Part shown: piece after piece, positions 11,501 through 26,500 of the stretch
Layout: each line of letters begins with the position of its first letter
Position numbering within the stretch: position 1 is the first letter of the stretch
Assembly: GCF_964355755.1 (NCBI RefSeq)
Contig: NC_092674.1
Coordinates: 16,430,001 to 16,494,000 of the forward strand
Direction: 5' to 3'
Origin: Antedon mediterranea
Lineage: Eukaryota > Animalia > Echinodermata
Length of the DNA stretch: 64,000 bases
Position numbers and translations under genes: made by a program
The notes under the pieces: generated by a model
Database searches by the model: none
The model's input: only the letters and a program-made list of their open reading frames with translations
What the model was told of the DNA's origin: nothing

Positions 11501-14500
11501 CTCCAAGTACAAATTTTTGGATCATCTAAAGGTAATATTTTAATTTAAGCATATTTCATGCATTAAACAAACTAATAACTACATAAATGAATATGATTAC
11601 AATTTTGCAAACAAAAAATACTCCTCACCTATAAGAATTGTCTTGGATATAACATACTGAAATTTAAGAAAAAATTGATAAATCTTAGCATGTAAGTTTA
11701 CATTCATGTACCAAATGTACATTTCCATTTGTAGCTCAATGGCGGGTAGATCATAGGTATATATACTCTACGCTTACGCTAAGGTCAAATTTTCTATCGC
11801 AAAATTTGCGAAAGGTTGCCAATTTGTTTTCACAAAATTGAAAATTAGCAAATTTTAAAAACTATGAAAATGGCTAAATTGTTTGGTCTAGATACATCAA
11901 ATAAATATATAGGTTGTTGTCTTGTATTGTTTTTATCTTTATTCATTCCAAATTTGTGATTAAAATACCAATTTTAATTAACAGATTAGTAGACCACTGT
12001 TACCTCCATAATGTGATGATAACACTTGCTTTTTTTCAATAATATTCTACTTTACATGAAATTCACACTGCTTTAGACAACAATCCAGAGGATTGAAATA
12101 GAATATCAGTTCTTTTGATCTTGATGTTTCGTCACTATTATTATGCAAATTATGTTTTTTCACCCTGAGAAATATCCCGACTACAGACCGTGTTACAATC
12201 ATCAGCAAAATGCCAGATGTTTTTGTATTTAAATCAGTATCTTGTCATTCCTGCATTTGCCTAGTAATACATGCGATGACCTGGAACATGTGATATTCTC
12301 ATCACTGTCACCACATATATGATGACATAGGTTGAACTTTGATACAATACATGAAGCATATAGATTGAAAAAAAGAAAAAAAATTGACCCTAAGAGTAAT
12401 CAAGAAAAATAGGATTATAGACTTGGACATTCCAGAAGAAAAGTTAGAAATCTAAGATGCAAACTTGCATTATTTTCAATCAATGTAAAAATAATGATAA
12501 AAACTCTCCAAAAGCAGCACTGATATCAAATAAAATATGTGCAGTGAGCATCATTTGATACATTTATGGGTCTGAATTTATACACTGAACCATCCATTAA
12601 AGCAAGAACATAACTGTTTAACAGGTCAACACATGTAACATACGAATGACAAAGTTGCTGGATATTAATACTAATAATTGCTTTTTATGAAATCAAAATA
12701 TGTTATACTATATACATTAAAATTACAAGTGCGTCATTTATACGCCATTTTGTGAAATCACATTATCAATCATATCTCCATAATTCATTATCACATATTA
12801 ATGAAATTCACTACACGTAAATTTCAGGTCAAGGGTAAAAATATTTGCAAATAAAAACGTGCACGTAGGGTCATGCGAGTGAAATCGCGCATTAAAAATT
12901 TAAAAACCTCAAAATTACGTTTTGATCAATTTAGAGGATGAATTAGGCTTGTTTTAAAAAATTACTGCATGCGTACATAGAAACCGTATAAAATAAAAAT
13001 TGTTTGTACAAATTGCATTCTACTAATCTTACTACATTCACTAAATTTGAGTCCATGACTTAAAATAGTGCTATACTAGCATGTTAAAAATGACAAAATG
13101 TGCACATTGGATTTTTAAAATGAGTATAACTCTTAAGAATGGAAGGCGACTTCATTTTTTAAAACTTATTATGGAAGCCAATGAGTTGTAGAATGTATAT
13201 ACACATTAGATGTACAAAATGGTATGACGTCATCATTTGCCCACATGAATTTTTAAAATAGGGTTTTGTCCCCTTTTGTCATAGACCACCATAATCAACA
13301 GAACTTAACTTAATTTTTAATATAAGCTACCTCAACCAATTATATTACTCATGAGTTGTTAATATTTTTACGTCTTAATATTTGAATAACGGTGGTTACA
13401 TAATTTACCCTACAACGTATATTTAAATACCTTATTTACAGCTCTTTTGAATTAAAGTTGACCTTGATGTTTATAACTTATTATGAGAGCTGGTGAAATG
13501 TAGATATGAATTCATATAAAAATTAAGCCCATCGAATGTTGGCCAGTTGAAGTTAAAAAGTAGTTTTTTCATCTCTTTCGTCAAAGTTATAAAAATTTCT
13601 ATGTGGCAAATTTTCTTCCAATTATTATATTTTATTGCTCAATTCATTATCTTTCGATATTGTTATCCACAAGTTTATTTTGATACTGTCATTTGTGGCA
13701 AAAAATTAGTGTGTCCGTAATTTCACCAATTGTATGTTAACATATGTGCATGTTTAAAAAATATTAATGTCAATAAAATTATAAAAATGATCACCTATAA
13801 TTCGTCAAAGTGACGGATTAAATTCTAGTATTCTACTTTGTATTTGTGTTTAGGCTATGAGACGATACTTGCTGTTGGGCCAGGGTGATTTCATTAAACA
13901 TCTCATGGACTTGCTTGAGTAAGTAAATGATAATTAGTGTATTAATACAGCAGCAGATAAAAGCAAATACTTTTGTTTTAATATTCTCTAAGGACCATAT
14001 TGTATTTACACACAGATTTGTAATTTAGCATAAAAAAAAATATTTTTTAGAAAACTGGAAATAGGAAAAAAACAATAATACAATACAATATTTAATTTTT
14101 TAAGGGATGATTTGGCAAAACCTGCCAATGTTTTGTATTTGCACAATGTAACTGGTGTATTGGAGACTGCCATCAGAGGAACTAATGCCCAATATGATGA
14201 TCCAGGCATTCTCAAGAGACTTGATGTTAGGCTATTAGAGGTATGTTGAGTAATTATTAATGGATTGAGTGACGTATTTAATAATCAATCAATCTATCAA
14301 TAATTTTCACAGTATTTCAGAAATTAAATACTTTAGTGTATAACCTTTATCCACATGTATGGGGGTAATTATTAATTGATGTTTTATTGGGAAGGTGTTC
14401 CGGGCGTTTATTTAAATAATTTATACCATCCTAATTGGTATAATCAATACATTTTTTTGCGACACAGTGGGCCGATTTAGCCTAAGAAGGAAGACATTGT

Positions 14501-17500
14501 AGACGGCTTGCAACATGGGCATAAGTATCCAGGGTCCTAACAGATAGCGCACAGTATACATAAAATCCTGGCAGCTTACTCAAAAACTCGGCTATCGGGG
14601 TTGCATTCGATTTCAAACAAAAGCTCTTACCATTATTTCTCTCTATGTAATTTTATATACTTATTCCCCACAATATAGTTATACTCCTATGTTTTATGAA
14701 TATATTTAATTTGATCTTTATGTACTACTATACTTTCACACGCGCGGTCCAAAAATAAACAAAAAACTAAAACGGCTATCACCACCAATGGCCATCTTAG
14801 TTGGAACCAACCATGCAGGAAGTTGCAAGGTGATTGACACGCCTTACTGTGAACCCAGAAATTACTTTTAACGCGCGTAGAGTTAAAAATCAGCCGATGA
14901 CATCAGAAATTTTGTTATAAAACTCTTTATAAAATCTTCCTAAGATAGAAATATGGAACAATATCCTAATAGTGGAAACTAATGTTATCAAATCTACGTT
15001 TCGCGGTACATCTGAGATAGATAAGGTAGGTATCCAAGGCGGAGATTTGTACCGAAGTTTTTCCATTGTGCTCGCCTATGTCAGAATTAACCATAATTTA
15101 TATATAGATACAATATTCTCTTTCCGTATTTGATTATCATCAAGTCTCTGTATTTCTCATTCCTGTCTGTTGTAAATTTATTATTGTTGGAAGAACTCTT
15201 TTTTTTCATCTTCTTTTCATCTAGCCCAACTGGGCTATGACATTTAGAGTTTCGAAAATTCCACATTTTAGGTTTAATTTGAACTGTATATTTAAGGTTA
15301 TATGTACATTATTTCTAGTCATTCTCCGTAAACCGGAAAATGGCAACTTTATCGTCCTCAAAAAATATGAAAATATCGAGATCAACAAACAACGAAAAAG
15401 TTACTTACACGGCACCGATAGGCCTATAAAAACAAGTTATCACTATCGAAAAATGTACTACATTTTATAAATCATAAATCTTACATCAATGTTTCGCCAA
15501 AATCCACATAGTAAAGACACCAGGCCTAGTTAACTAGGCCTAAAGTTGGTCCGGAGCCGTTTCACGACTAGGCTAAGCCTAGGCTAGCCTAGTACTACGT
15601 ACTAGCCTGGTAAACTGATGATAATGTTCAAACCATTTCTAAACAAGTTTGTTGCGTTAAACTCGGCCACTTACAGTGAAACACCAAAAAAATGAGGGTA
15701 TACATACAATAAAAAAATTAAAGACTTCATATTGAAAATGACTCCATTATTTTTTATTCAGAGATAACAAACACACATGCCAATCCGCAAAAACCTTTGT
15801 AATGCTTCGGCGGCGGCATAGCTAGCGCGCGACCGATACACAATGCGCCAAACCATCGCTGTACGCGCTATTGTGATGCGCGGTGTATGTTATTTCGACA
15901 GATACCATTTTGACAATCGTTCGTAACCAGATTAGTTACTTTCAAAAAGTAAAATATTGATGGTCCAGACCGAATATAGTGTCCATATTTATAGTATATA
16001 CCAATAATTAACCTATCTACCGGATTTCGTAAAAAAACGCGAAACACGAAGATCTTTGTGTTTGGCAGTCAAGCGTTGTTTCCAAACACGAAGATCTTCG
16101 TGTTTGGCAGTCAAAGTGTTAATAGTAACTAGTTATAAATGTTCTTTCATAAAAGCCTAACTGTCCTATTCAACTTGTATTGAATAGATCAGTGATTGAT
16201 TGATTGATTGAAATATATATTTATACTGGGTAACCTCTTCAGTCAAAGACTGGTTTCCCAGAGGGCCCAGTTGGTGATCAGTGGCTGTGATGTACTAATA
16301 CACCGGGGTAACCCCCTACTCGTCTCGAAAGATGTACTAGGTTCTTTAAAGTGCACACGAGCAAGTTGTGTACACTGGACCTACGGTTTATAGTCCTTAT
16401 CCGAGAAGACTCGTTCTACCACCAGAACCATGGAGTGAGTGAGCCTCGAACCCCTGCCGATGTTATGGCTACGTGATTACGGTTCCACTGTCTTAACCGC
16501 TCGGCCACTCACCCACCCAGTAAATCTTTCAACTCTGGAAAATATTTTTACTAATTAAACTCATAGTTAGTGAGTGACCGAGCGGTTAAGACAGTGGAAT
16601 CGTAATCCATAGCCATAACTTTGGCAGGGGTTCGAGGCTCACTCGCTCCATGGTTCTTGTGGTAGAACAAGTCTTCTCGGAAAGGACTATAAATCACACA
16701 GGTCCAGTGTATGCATAGTGCTTGTGTGTACTTTAAAAAACCTAGAACATCTTTCGAGACGGGTAGGGGATTACCCCGGTGTACTAGTTCACACACTGCC
16801 GTTGACAAACGTAATGGCGTATTAGTTGGCTGCCGATGACATGAGGTGACCCTTAGGGGAGAAGAATGTTTAAAGGGTGTAACATCTAAGTCCACAGCGT
16901 TCTGATCTTGATGAAATAGCGCTATATAAATGTCGCATTATATATTATATAAACATTAGCAATCTTACTGAACCATGGAGATAATAATATGAAGCTGAAG
17001 ACCAGTGTAAAAGTACTGTGTGACTTAAAAATTTTACAGGTATCACCAGGCGATACTGGTTGGGATATCTTTAGTCTTGATTATCATGTGGATGGGCCAA
17101 TTGCAACAGTTTTCAAGTCAGAATGTATTATTATGTACCTACGTGCTTTTAATTTTCTGTGGCGTGCAAAGCGTATGGAATATATCTTAGCTCAGGTATG
17201 GCGTGGACAGATGACCTATGCTAGAATGCTTAAGGCAATTCCAGGTATGTGATATTTAAGGTATAAGACCGAAAACATTGTGACAAGTATTACCATTATA
17301 TATGATTATTATTATACATTATTAAGTATTTCTTTCTTTTCACATAAAAGGTTGAATTAATACAGACAATAGCATTGTTTATTACTATTTTTTAATCCAG
17401 ATTATGACAAAAAGTTTAACACCAAAAAACCCAGTTCTACCTCTCCTTTCTTTTATTAGAAATGGCACCGGTCTTACATCAGTGTCATATGATAGCTGCT

Positions 17501-20500
17501 GAGATGATTTACTTTGTACAACAAATGCAGTACTACATCAACTTTGAGGTAATTGTAGGCTTTATTTGTGTTTGTGTCAGATTTTAAATACTCATTTTCA
17601 GTTTTAATTACCATAGTCCTCATAGAACACTTTACATGATAATTTTAGGCTAATAATGTGGTGGGGTGCCATTCTGCTGTATGCAGTTCAATGCCGTACA
17701 ATGCCTAGTGATCAATTTCATTCATTAAGACTTTTCCTAAACCCAACATTACTTACTTGATGGCACCGACCAACCCGCTAGGTGCATTGTAGATGTAATA
17801 ATGGCTTCTCATCTGCATTTTACTATAGAGCCTATTTTGCTTGCTGAACACAGTTTTAACATTATGTCATTACATTAATAACTGGACTATACTTCTTACT
17901 ATTAAAGATTAAATTGACAATTGTTGATCAATTCAATTTATTCCGGATTTTACATGAAAATATACAAACAATATACATATAATACATACAATACACATGC
18001 TAGATCATTTATTTTTGGTTAAACGTAGAACGCTAAATCATACAATAAATGAAAACAAATGATAATGTTTATATTCATGGTATTCATTCATTGTCAAAAT
18101 CAGTATTTTCTAAATTTATGATAACTATAGGTTTATGACAAAAACTTCCATTACAATGAATATAAACATTATTATTGGCTTTTATTTAATATAAGATTTA
18201 GCAATTTTTAACCAAAAATGAATAAAATCAGTATTTTACATAATTATACTAGTTATATTAGTTCTAATTGTAACACAAATTTAAAATATCTTTTTGATAT
18301 CAACTCCCATAGAGTTAGGGTAGTTTTTAAAAGTGTAAAAGCATATGTTACAAATTCATTATAATTCATTCAATTCATTAAAATAAAAAAATGAAATTTT
18401 ACCAAAAAAAATGAGATTTTTTTCCATATATTTTGTAAAATTATGACTCTGTAAAAAAATAGGTCAAAATTGGGTTTTTTCGATGTATGTCTCAATGGTA
18501 AAATATGTGCACTAAATCGACCCATCTCTCAGACTATTAGCATGGGATAGAGTAACACATTGGTTTACAAGTTATTATAAACTACTAGCAATTATACCCG
18601 CCCCAGGGCGGGTTTCAAAGTTAGTGTTGAGAAGCCTTCTCAGTACATAACACCCGACGCACTATATACTCATCAACCTCCATCCCTCTTCAATAACACC
18701 CCACACTCTTTTTGAAAAAAAATTCTTCTGAGGACAAATTCAATTAAACGTTAGCTTCAAAATGAGTGGGGTATGATAGGCCTATGGTTTAAGTATGTTG
18801 TAATCTGTGTAAATGAATAGGTGTCATATTGGCTGATAATTAAAATATCTCATTTTGATACTGTGTTCCCCCAGCCTTCTTTCTCCTCTTACCATCCCAG
18901 CCACAATCAACAAACTTTAACTCCTCCCCTGGACAGTTCAAATGTAGTAATCTTCCTAGTACAATTCCAATCATATAGGCTACTTCATTACGCCAGTATT
19001 TTCCCTCCCCCTCCCAACACACCCCAGATACTGGGTGATGTGTTTAAGACAGTTCCAGTACAAATAATGTTAGCCATCACTCCCAACCCATAATCCCTCA
19101 GTGGCAGTTTTCAAATGTAGTTTAAAACATTCCGTCCCAGTACAGTTTCAGTCATGGTGATAGGCCTACATCCCCACCCAAAACTCCCATCCCCTTCCCA
19201 GTGATAATTAAAATACTTTAACAATTTCCTACCACAATTCTGGTCAATTTGATAGACTACTACCCCTAGCCTAAGCAAAATCCCACTATCCCCTGAACCC
19301 CAATTCTCACACTCTATCTCCCACCAAATCCCCAGACTTTTTTTAATAAAGTTTAAAACCTTCCCGGTACAATTGCGATCATTTTGATACCCCATATGCA
19401 GAAACAGAAATTTGTATAACAAACAAACATCAAAAGTGGGCCATTTTGACCACATTTTGGCCCCTAACTTGGATCCAAGATGGCGGATGATGTTCAAATG
19501 TAGTTTAGAATCTTCCCAGTACAAATGCGGTCATTTTGATGCCCAATATGTAAGGTACGTGCAGTAACAACAATTTGTATAACGAACAAACAAACAAACA
19601 AACACTTTCTCTCTCACTTATAATATAGATTTGAATTATGTTTGTTTAGGTGTTGGAGTGTGCTTGGTGTGAGCTATGGAAACAGGTTACAAATGCACAA
19701 GATCTTGACCACATAATATCTGCTCATGAAGACTTTCTTGACACCATCATTAAACGATCATTACTTGATCCAGAATCTACTGTAAGAATTTGTTATTAGA
19801 TAGATAAATTAGAATAAGTTAATTGTTTACAGTTGTCATCACATTCTAGTGTTGGGTTATGTACATTTTTTAATTACTTTATCGCTGTTGTTATGATAAT
19901 ATTTCAACTTACATTATATCAGCTGACAGGATTCAAGACAAGATTGTTCCAACAGATATGTCTTAAAACCTCTATATTGCACCGTGTCTTGGAAGCCAAT
20001 ATTTAATACCAGAAGGAAAATCATGCCTTTTAGCTAAATCTACTCACCTTATGCATCTGAATCGTTGAATTTGTATCATTTTTAATGATTACTGTCCACT
20101 TTACATCCCATTTTTCTTGCATTAATGAATGTCACCAATATTATAATACCAGATGGTGTAATTTAGATTTTCGAGTACCTACTGTATATATAAAGCTGCT
20201 CATACTAAATAATATTCAGCTATTAAGAATGAGATGCAAATAAATAAATCAAATAACTGATATGATAGTCAACAAGCTAACTTCTTTTAGCATCTTTTAA
20301 TCACATGAAATAATATCTTTCCTATTTATATAGCGTTTGTTAACTCAGTTAAGAGCAATATTTGACTTAATAATTCAGTACCAATCGGCACAAGAAACAA
20401 TGTACAAGAAGGCTCTGAATGAGCTTGAAGCGCAACAAAAGATGAGAAATCTCATCACTACACGGACTCAAGAGGTATTGTTTTTGTTATACTGTTCTAC

Positions 20501-23500
20501 ACAAAACTATAATTACATATATTGCCTGCTTAGAGGTTTAATATAAGATTTGACATCCCAGAGGGAATGATATTTTCCTCGATCGAATATATACTCCCGA
20601 GAGCAAAATATCATTTTCAAGGTGATGTCAAATCTTATATTTTACAGATATAAAAGGTGATATCTGATATTATTGTTGTTTTGTTTTGTTTCTGAACATG
20701 CTCAGAATGAATTTCTGACTGTTTGGATTGCTTGTGTGCGTCATGAAAAGGTATGCTGTGTTCGTGGAAATTGTTGCATTTTGCCAGGGATTCCCCATCA
20801 TTTAAGTATATCTTCATTTCCCTACGTCCGTAATATTGGGCCGAATTTCCGTAGTAATTACAGACGTTCCGAACTTTGAATTAACAGTGTTTAATTGCTT
20901 CTTTCTGCAAATTTCTATTATATTTATTTTATATAGGGTGTAGTTTAAGCAGAACCACAGTTTGTAGTGGATAAATGAAAATGAGTTTGTAAATTGTGCT
21001 TTTAGACGAATGGAAATAGCTCAAAAATAGCCTTTCAGTCAAACAAATTGCAAAAGTTTGTTTTATTGTTGAAATATATAAGAGAATGCTATATCCAAAA
21101 TCTACCCTGATCTGCCGAGTATTAGTGGCCTAATTTGCATAAAATCAAAATAGCTGCCATTTGACAACTTTCATCCTAATTTTGTATAAGAATGTACAAC
21201 TATATTGTATAAAAATATTGATGTGTGCACACTGCACCCACATCCCTCTCTGCCAGAGATTAATACAGTAGGTCAATGATTATATATACCTTAAACATTT
21301 TGAAAAAATTGAATATTATAACTAATACATTAATATAAGATCAGTAGGTCATTTATGCATTTAGATGGTAATCTGTAAAATCTTTGTAAATAAATAATAA
21401 CTTCGTTCTTGCCGTCAACCTATGCCGGTATTGTATATCACTGTCGGATAATCAAAACTTTATTTTGGCTGTCAACTATAGGCCGGTATTTACAATGACT
21501 CCCATTTAACAGTCAATCTAGGCCGATATCTATATATAAATTTACGTAAGGGCAAAATTCGGTAAATCGCGCGTTATTTCTAGAATGTTTACTCGATGGT
21601 ATATAAAGTTGGTTAGAATCTCGGTACTGATTTTAACCACCTGATGTAACCCTGTTTACTAATTATATTGAGTTAGATAATTAGTTATTGACAATTAAAA
21701 CGAATAGAATAGAGGTGTTTACTTCCTTCTGAACATTTGTATTAATTAATAATGTGATTACAAAAAAAATATAAACGTTGTATTAGTAATGTATCGTTAC
21801 ATGTACTGTATTATTTCAATCGACTGTGACAGTTTCAACAAAGTAATAAATCGCAATGTTTTACTGTGTTGAATGTATATTATTTGTAAAACATGAAAAC
21901 AATTAATATTTTGTTACTAAATGGATAAAGAATACATTCAAATTCAAAATTGTTCGTCTTTGCACCCATCCTCTTCCCCATCCATCAACCCTAATGTTAC
22001 ATACAAAATACAAATTCAGTTGTTACAAAACAATTAGTCTTATTTGTGACAAGTTTCTCTTTCGGAAGTAATTCCCAGGGTGCTAATTTTAGTTGAGTAC
22101 ATAAATCACCGTGTCTATTTATTCGTTCCTGTAAACGACATGTATTGTTGTCCTGCATGTACATTTAAAGTCGCCAGTTTGTTACCGCTGAAATCACCAT
22201 GTATTTGAGAACCATCTGTGGGCACGACCCGTTATCGGTAATCATTTTCACAATTAGATCACTCCGGTCATTAGCGATATTGAGACAGCAGCACATGTGA
22301 TCAGCGCAGCTGCAGTTATAGTATAGCAGCAATGCTGCCTTGCGCCATTTAAAATGAAAACCGGGGTGGTAAGTACAATACTGTATTCTTGCTCATTTTT
22401 CTACCTCACGCACACCGCTCCTGCCAAACATAAGATTGAGCACCCTTTTTATTTACTATTTTTCCAAACACCAAATGCAGTGATACCACTAGGCTAGGTT
22501 GTGTTTCTTACTGTAATTACTATTTCTAAGCTGCTATATAGGCAATAGCTGAATGTGGGATGATTCGGCCCAGGTTCGACGAGATGAATCGACCCACTTT
22601 AGGCCGATATAATGTCTGCCTAAGAGAGGCCTCTAATTTCATTAGCTCCCGATAGGTTTTTATGATATGAAAGATTGTGAAGTACATTATGCTAACATCA
22701 TGTTTTGTTGTTTTTTTGGGGAAAATTTAATTGATCGTTTTATATAATTTATTTTTAAGGCCTACAAGTAGGTACAAACAAGGAAGATGAAGTTGTAATC
22801 ATATTTACTTACTTCTAATTAGGCCTACACCGCCAGAAAACATACATTGTTGTTCATCTTAAAGACAAACCACCAAATATTTTTACCACCACTAATCAAG
22901 ACATTCAACTGAACAACAGGATACTGCAAGAATATTTAACCAGATTCAACTAAGTCACTGTTCGCCAGTCGGAAATGACAAAACATACTTTGGAAGCTTT
23001 TACAAAACATGACAATTTACCAGACGACTATGAAATGCAGTATTATGTCCTATACCACACTTATAATAATAATAATAATAATAATAACAGACATAATAAT
23101 ATTAATTAATAAACGTTTATTATTTTTATATATTTACACAAGCAAAACAAGAACAAAGATACATATGTATAATAAACATTAATAAACAAGATGGTGTTTT
23201 TTTTTGTCACTGCATGTTTTTCAAATATTCATTTTACAGTGAGCACTATTATTATTTGCGATGACTCTGCAAATGTCCATTTAAAATTGCTTGCTTTTAA
23301 AATTAAATCAAAATAGACACTGAAATATACAGCATAATGCCGTGCGCTATACTTCCATTTACATTTGTGAATACTGTATTACTATAATATTACTGTACTA
23401 TCTTTTTGATTCCCGAATTTTAAAATAATTATAAGATGGTGCCCGTCCATTGGACTAGTTATAATTAATTAGTATTAATTGATTATAATTGCTAGAATTT

Positions 23501-26500
23501 ATTACCTTACCGGAAGTTACTAAACATTGAACTCAATAAATGTTATCCTGTTAGTCGCATGTGTTTTATACCGGAGGAAAAACTAGGCGGGATATGATGG
23601 TATTGCTGTTTGCTATTGTAGCCCGATATAGAGTGTCATTTCCGGTGAACTAGAGGTGCCATTCCCATTAGAAACTGCCTCACCAATGTTTTATAACCAA
23701 TGTCAATGTTTTTACTATACTGATTAAAACTACGGTAACCTCCTTCAAATAGTCCTACGACCGCCCCTGCTAAGCCTCCTATCCGATGTAATTAAGCTTG
23801 CGACGAATAAAGACAATAATTACAATTGCCAATTACGACAGCAGATGCAAGTTCTCACTCGAAAATTACAGTCAATATCAAACTCCTTCAGAATTTGCTG
23901 GATTTTATATTATCAATATCATCGTACACAAGGACATAATACGAATTATGATCCTCAAAGCGGTAGTCATGTGATGCAGTTTCAACCAATCACGATCATA
24001 TATTTTTCTATGTAATATTTTCTCATATCTACTGTAGCAAGTTTGAAAACAAAACACCACTGTTTTGTTTAGTGTTTTATTTATTATAGAATATTTCACC
24101 ACATACACTTCTTGTTGATGACATGTTATAGATCCTAGAAAATTGAGTTTGTTGACCTATTATAGTAACAGTAGCCTACAGTTTGCTTTAGTATGATTAG
24201 GTTTTGCTGTTTCAAGTGTACTCTGTCCAACTGGTTATAAACATGCAGAAAACTTAAACATACTATCCCTACAATATTTTATGTTTTGTAAAAATAATGC
24301 ATATATATTTAAAAACATTAAACCATGTCATTCCTTGTCTTAAATGTACATTTATGATTAAATATGATAAAAAGAGAGAACATCGTACGCTAGCATCGTA
24401 GGCCTACCTGACTTTGTCTAGTTGCTGCATTGTCTTTTTCTTTTTGGCAGAATCTGTTAACCTGGTATTTTTGCTGAAAGGTTATGATTCTTCCATTTGT
24501 TTTAGCCATTATGATCGATCAAAGTGGGTGAATCACAGAAGTTATAGCTAGCCGCTTTAATGATTAAAATCTTTGTATAGACAAAGAAAATTATTGCAAT
24601 AGGCCCAATAGTATTTAATTTTACATAAAATGCAGTTTGTAACCTTAAATTAGATGTCTTTAATTGGAAAAAATGTGGCAAACAAGTAAAAATGTATATA
24701 TTGGTCAGCCTAAAAAATATGATTCAAATACACCAAAGAATCTTTCTTCAAAGTTGTGTAAAATGGTCAGTGATCACGGCTATTCCATTCGGGGTACCGA
24801 TTATAGGAAAAATATAGATTGTTATCTTATATTTTATTTATAAATAACATTCTGACAAACCTGCATATAACCTATAATTAGTCATGTGTATTTACATAGA
24901 ATTATACTTTATTTAGGGAAAATGGGGTGAAAGTGAAAAGGAAGAAGAAGCAGAAAAAAAAAGAAAGGCAAACTTCATCTGTCAAGTTTTACCAGGCTGT
25001 AGGGCCCAGTTTAGAGTTCTTAGTCAATCCTACCAGGTAAGACAATCTATTGGAACCTGTAATACTGAATACTGAAATGCTTTATTTGTCCATCATCATC
25101 ATAAAATTACAACAGAAATTCTTCTTGAAGATTGACAATTATTAGTAAAATAATAAATAGATATACAATAAAATATATTATGTACACACACATAATTGCA
25201 CAAAAAAATATAAGTTATGAAACACGGTGTAAAAATGACAAGGTATTAAAATTGAATAGGATTCAGGAGATTAAAATAGTTTAAAACAGCTTTAAAAGGA
25301 TTCAAACCATTAGAATGTTCCTAAAACCTTACAATTTATAAATTGCTAAAATTCAAATAGGCTAAAAATGTTAAAATCTTTTAAAAATATTAAAAATATA
25401 AAAACATTTTATAAAGTTTCATTGTTTACATAGTCTTGTATTACATAACATTTTATCGATGGTGACGTGAATTAATTATATGAATAGCATTTGCAACAAA
25501 GGCATATCTCGATCTGTTTGTCTTAGTTATTGGAACATGTATTCTACCATTGCGTTTGATAATAAAGTATTTGCTAAGGGGATGATCAACATCCTTAATT
25601 ATTTTATGAGCTGCCTTCACTATCCACTCTATGTATATTTCATCTAACTGCACCAACGGATCTTTAACAATATATTCAGCTTTCTTTGTAATGCGATTCA
25701 ATTTCTTTTTATCTTTTTTATTAATATTTTCATAATTGCATATCAAACAGAAAGACATAATACTTTGGATCATGGTGGTATAAAACAATTTTAACAGGGA
25801 GCTATCAATACTAAGTGATTTCATTTTGCAAAGTATAAACATTCTTTGATTGGCTCTTTTAACTATTCTATTTGTATTGGTTTCCCACGACAATTTGTGG
25901 TCCATGACAAAACCTAAGTATTTATATTCTTCTACTCTATCTACTTCGTTACCATCAATCAGAACTGGAATAATAGGATCTTTCTTTACTCTAAATAATA
26001 ATAATAATAATAAATAACATTTATAAAGCGCAAGAGACAAAGGTTTCAAGGCGCTGTGTTTTCCAAGATCTGTGCAAGTAGTAGCGTGTGATTATGCTTC
26101 TCTGAAGAGTTGACGAGCAAGAAATGCAGGAATAATGGTGTTAAAGGCACTTGAAAAGTCTACATACAGAGATCTAACATATGATCTTGACTTATTTAAG
26201 TGATTACAGATCTTATTTAGGTGTGTTAAAATAGCATCCTCCACACTTCTATTAGACTGATAAGCAAATTGATAATTGTCTTGAAAATTACTTGATTGAT
26301 TGACGACATCATTGAGAATTATTTTTTCAAGACATTTGACAACATTTGACGTGAGGGCAATGGGTCTATAGTCTTTTAATTTATTTGGTTTTTTACTTTA
26401 GGGAGAGGTTTAATAAAAGAGGTTTTCCATATTTTGGGAACAATTCCATTTGTTATACTTAAATTAAAAAGCCTAGTAAATATGGGTACTAATTCATTTT

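Noticed and set aside
11728-11760. tRNA-like GTAGCTCAATGG start
   Set aside because: No anticodon arm, T arm or B box follows.
14463-14469. Perfect RSS heptamer CACAGTG as a Transib terminus
   Set aside because: Homology with the inverted copy (~31770-31890) extends beyond it on both sides and that copy reads CAGAGTG, so it is not a terminus.
15614-15650. Other CTGATGA matches (also ~35525, ~42171, ~53905) as hammerheads
   Set aside because: No stem II plus GAAA and NUH geometry; some lie in coding sequence.
19111-19524. 137-aa W/G-rich ORF
   Set aside because: Lies within the C-rich internal repeats of the non-autonomous Helitron; no homology recognised.
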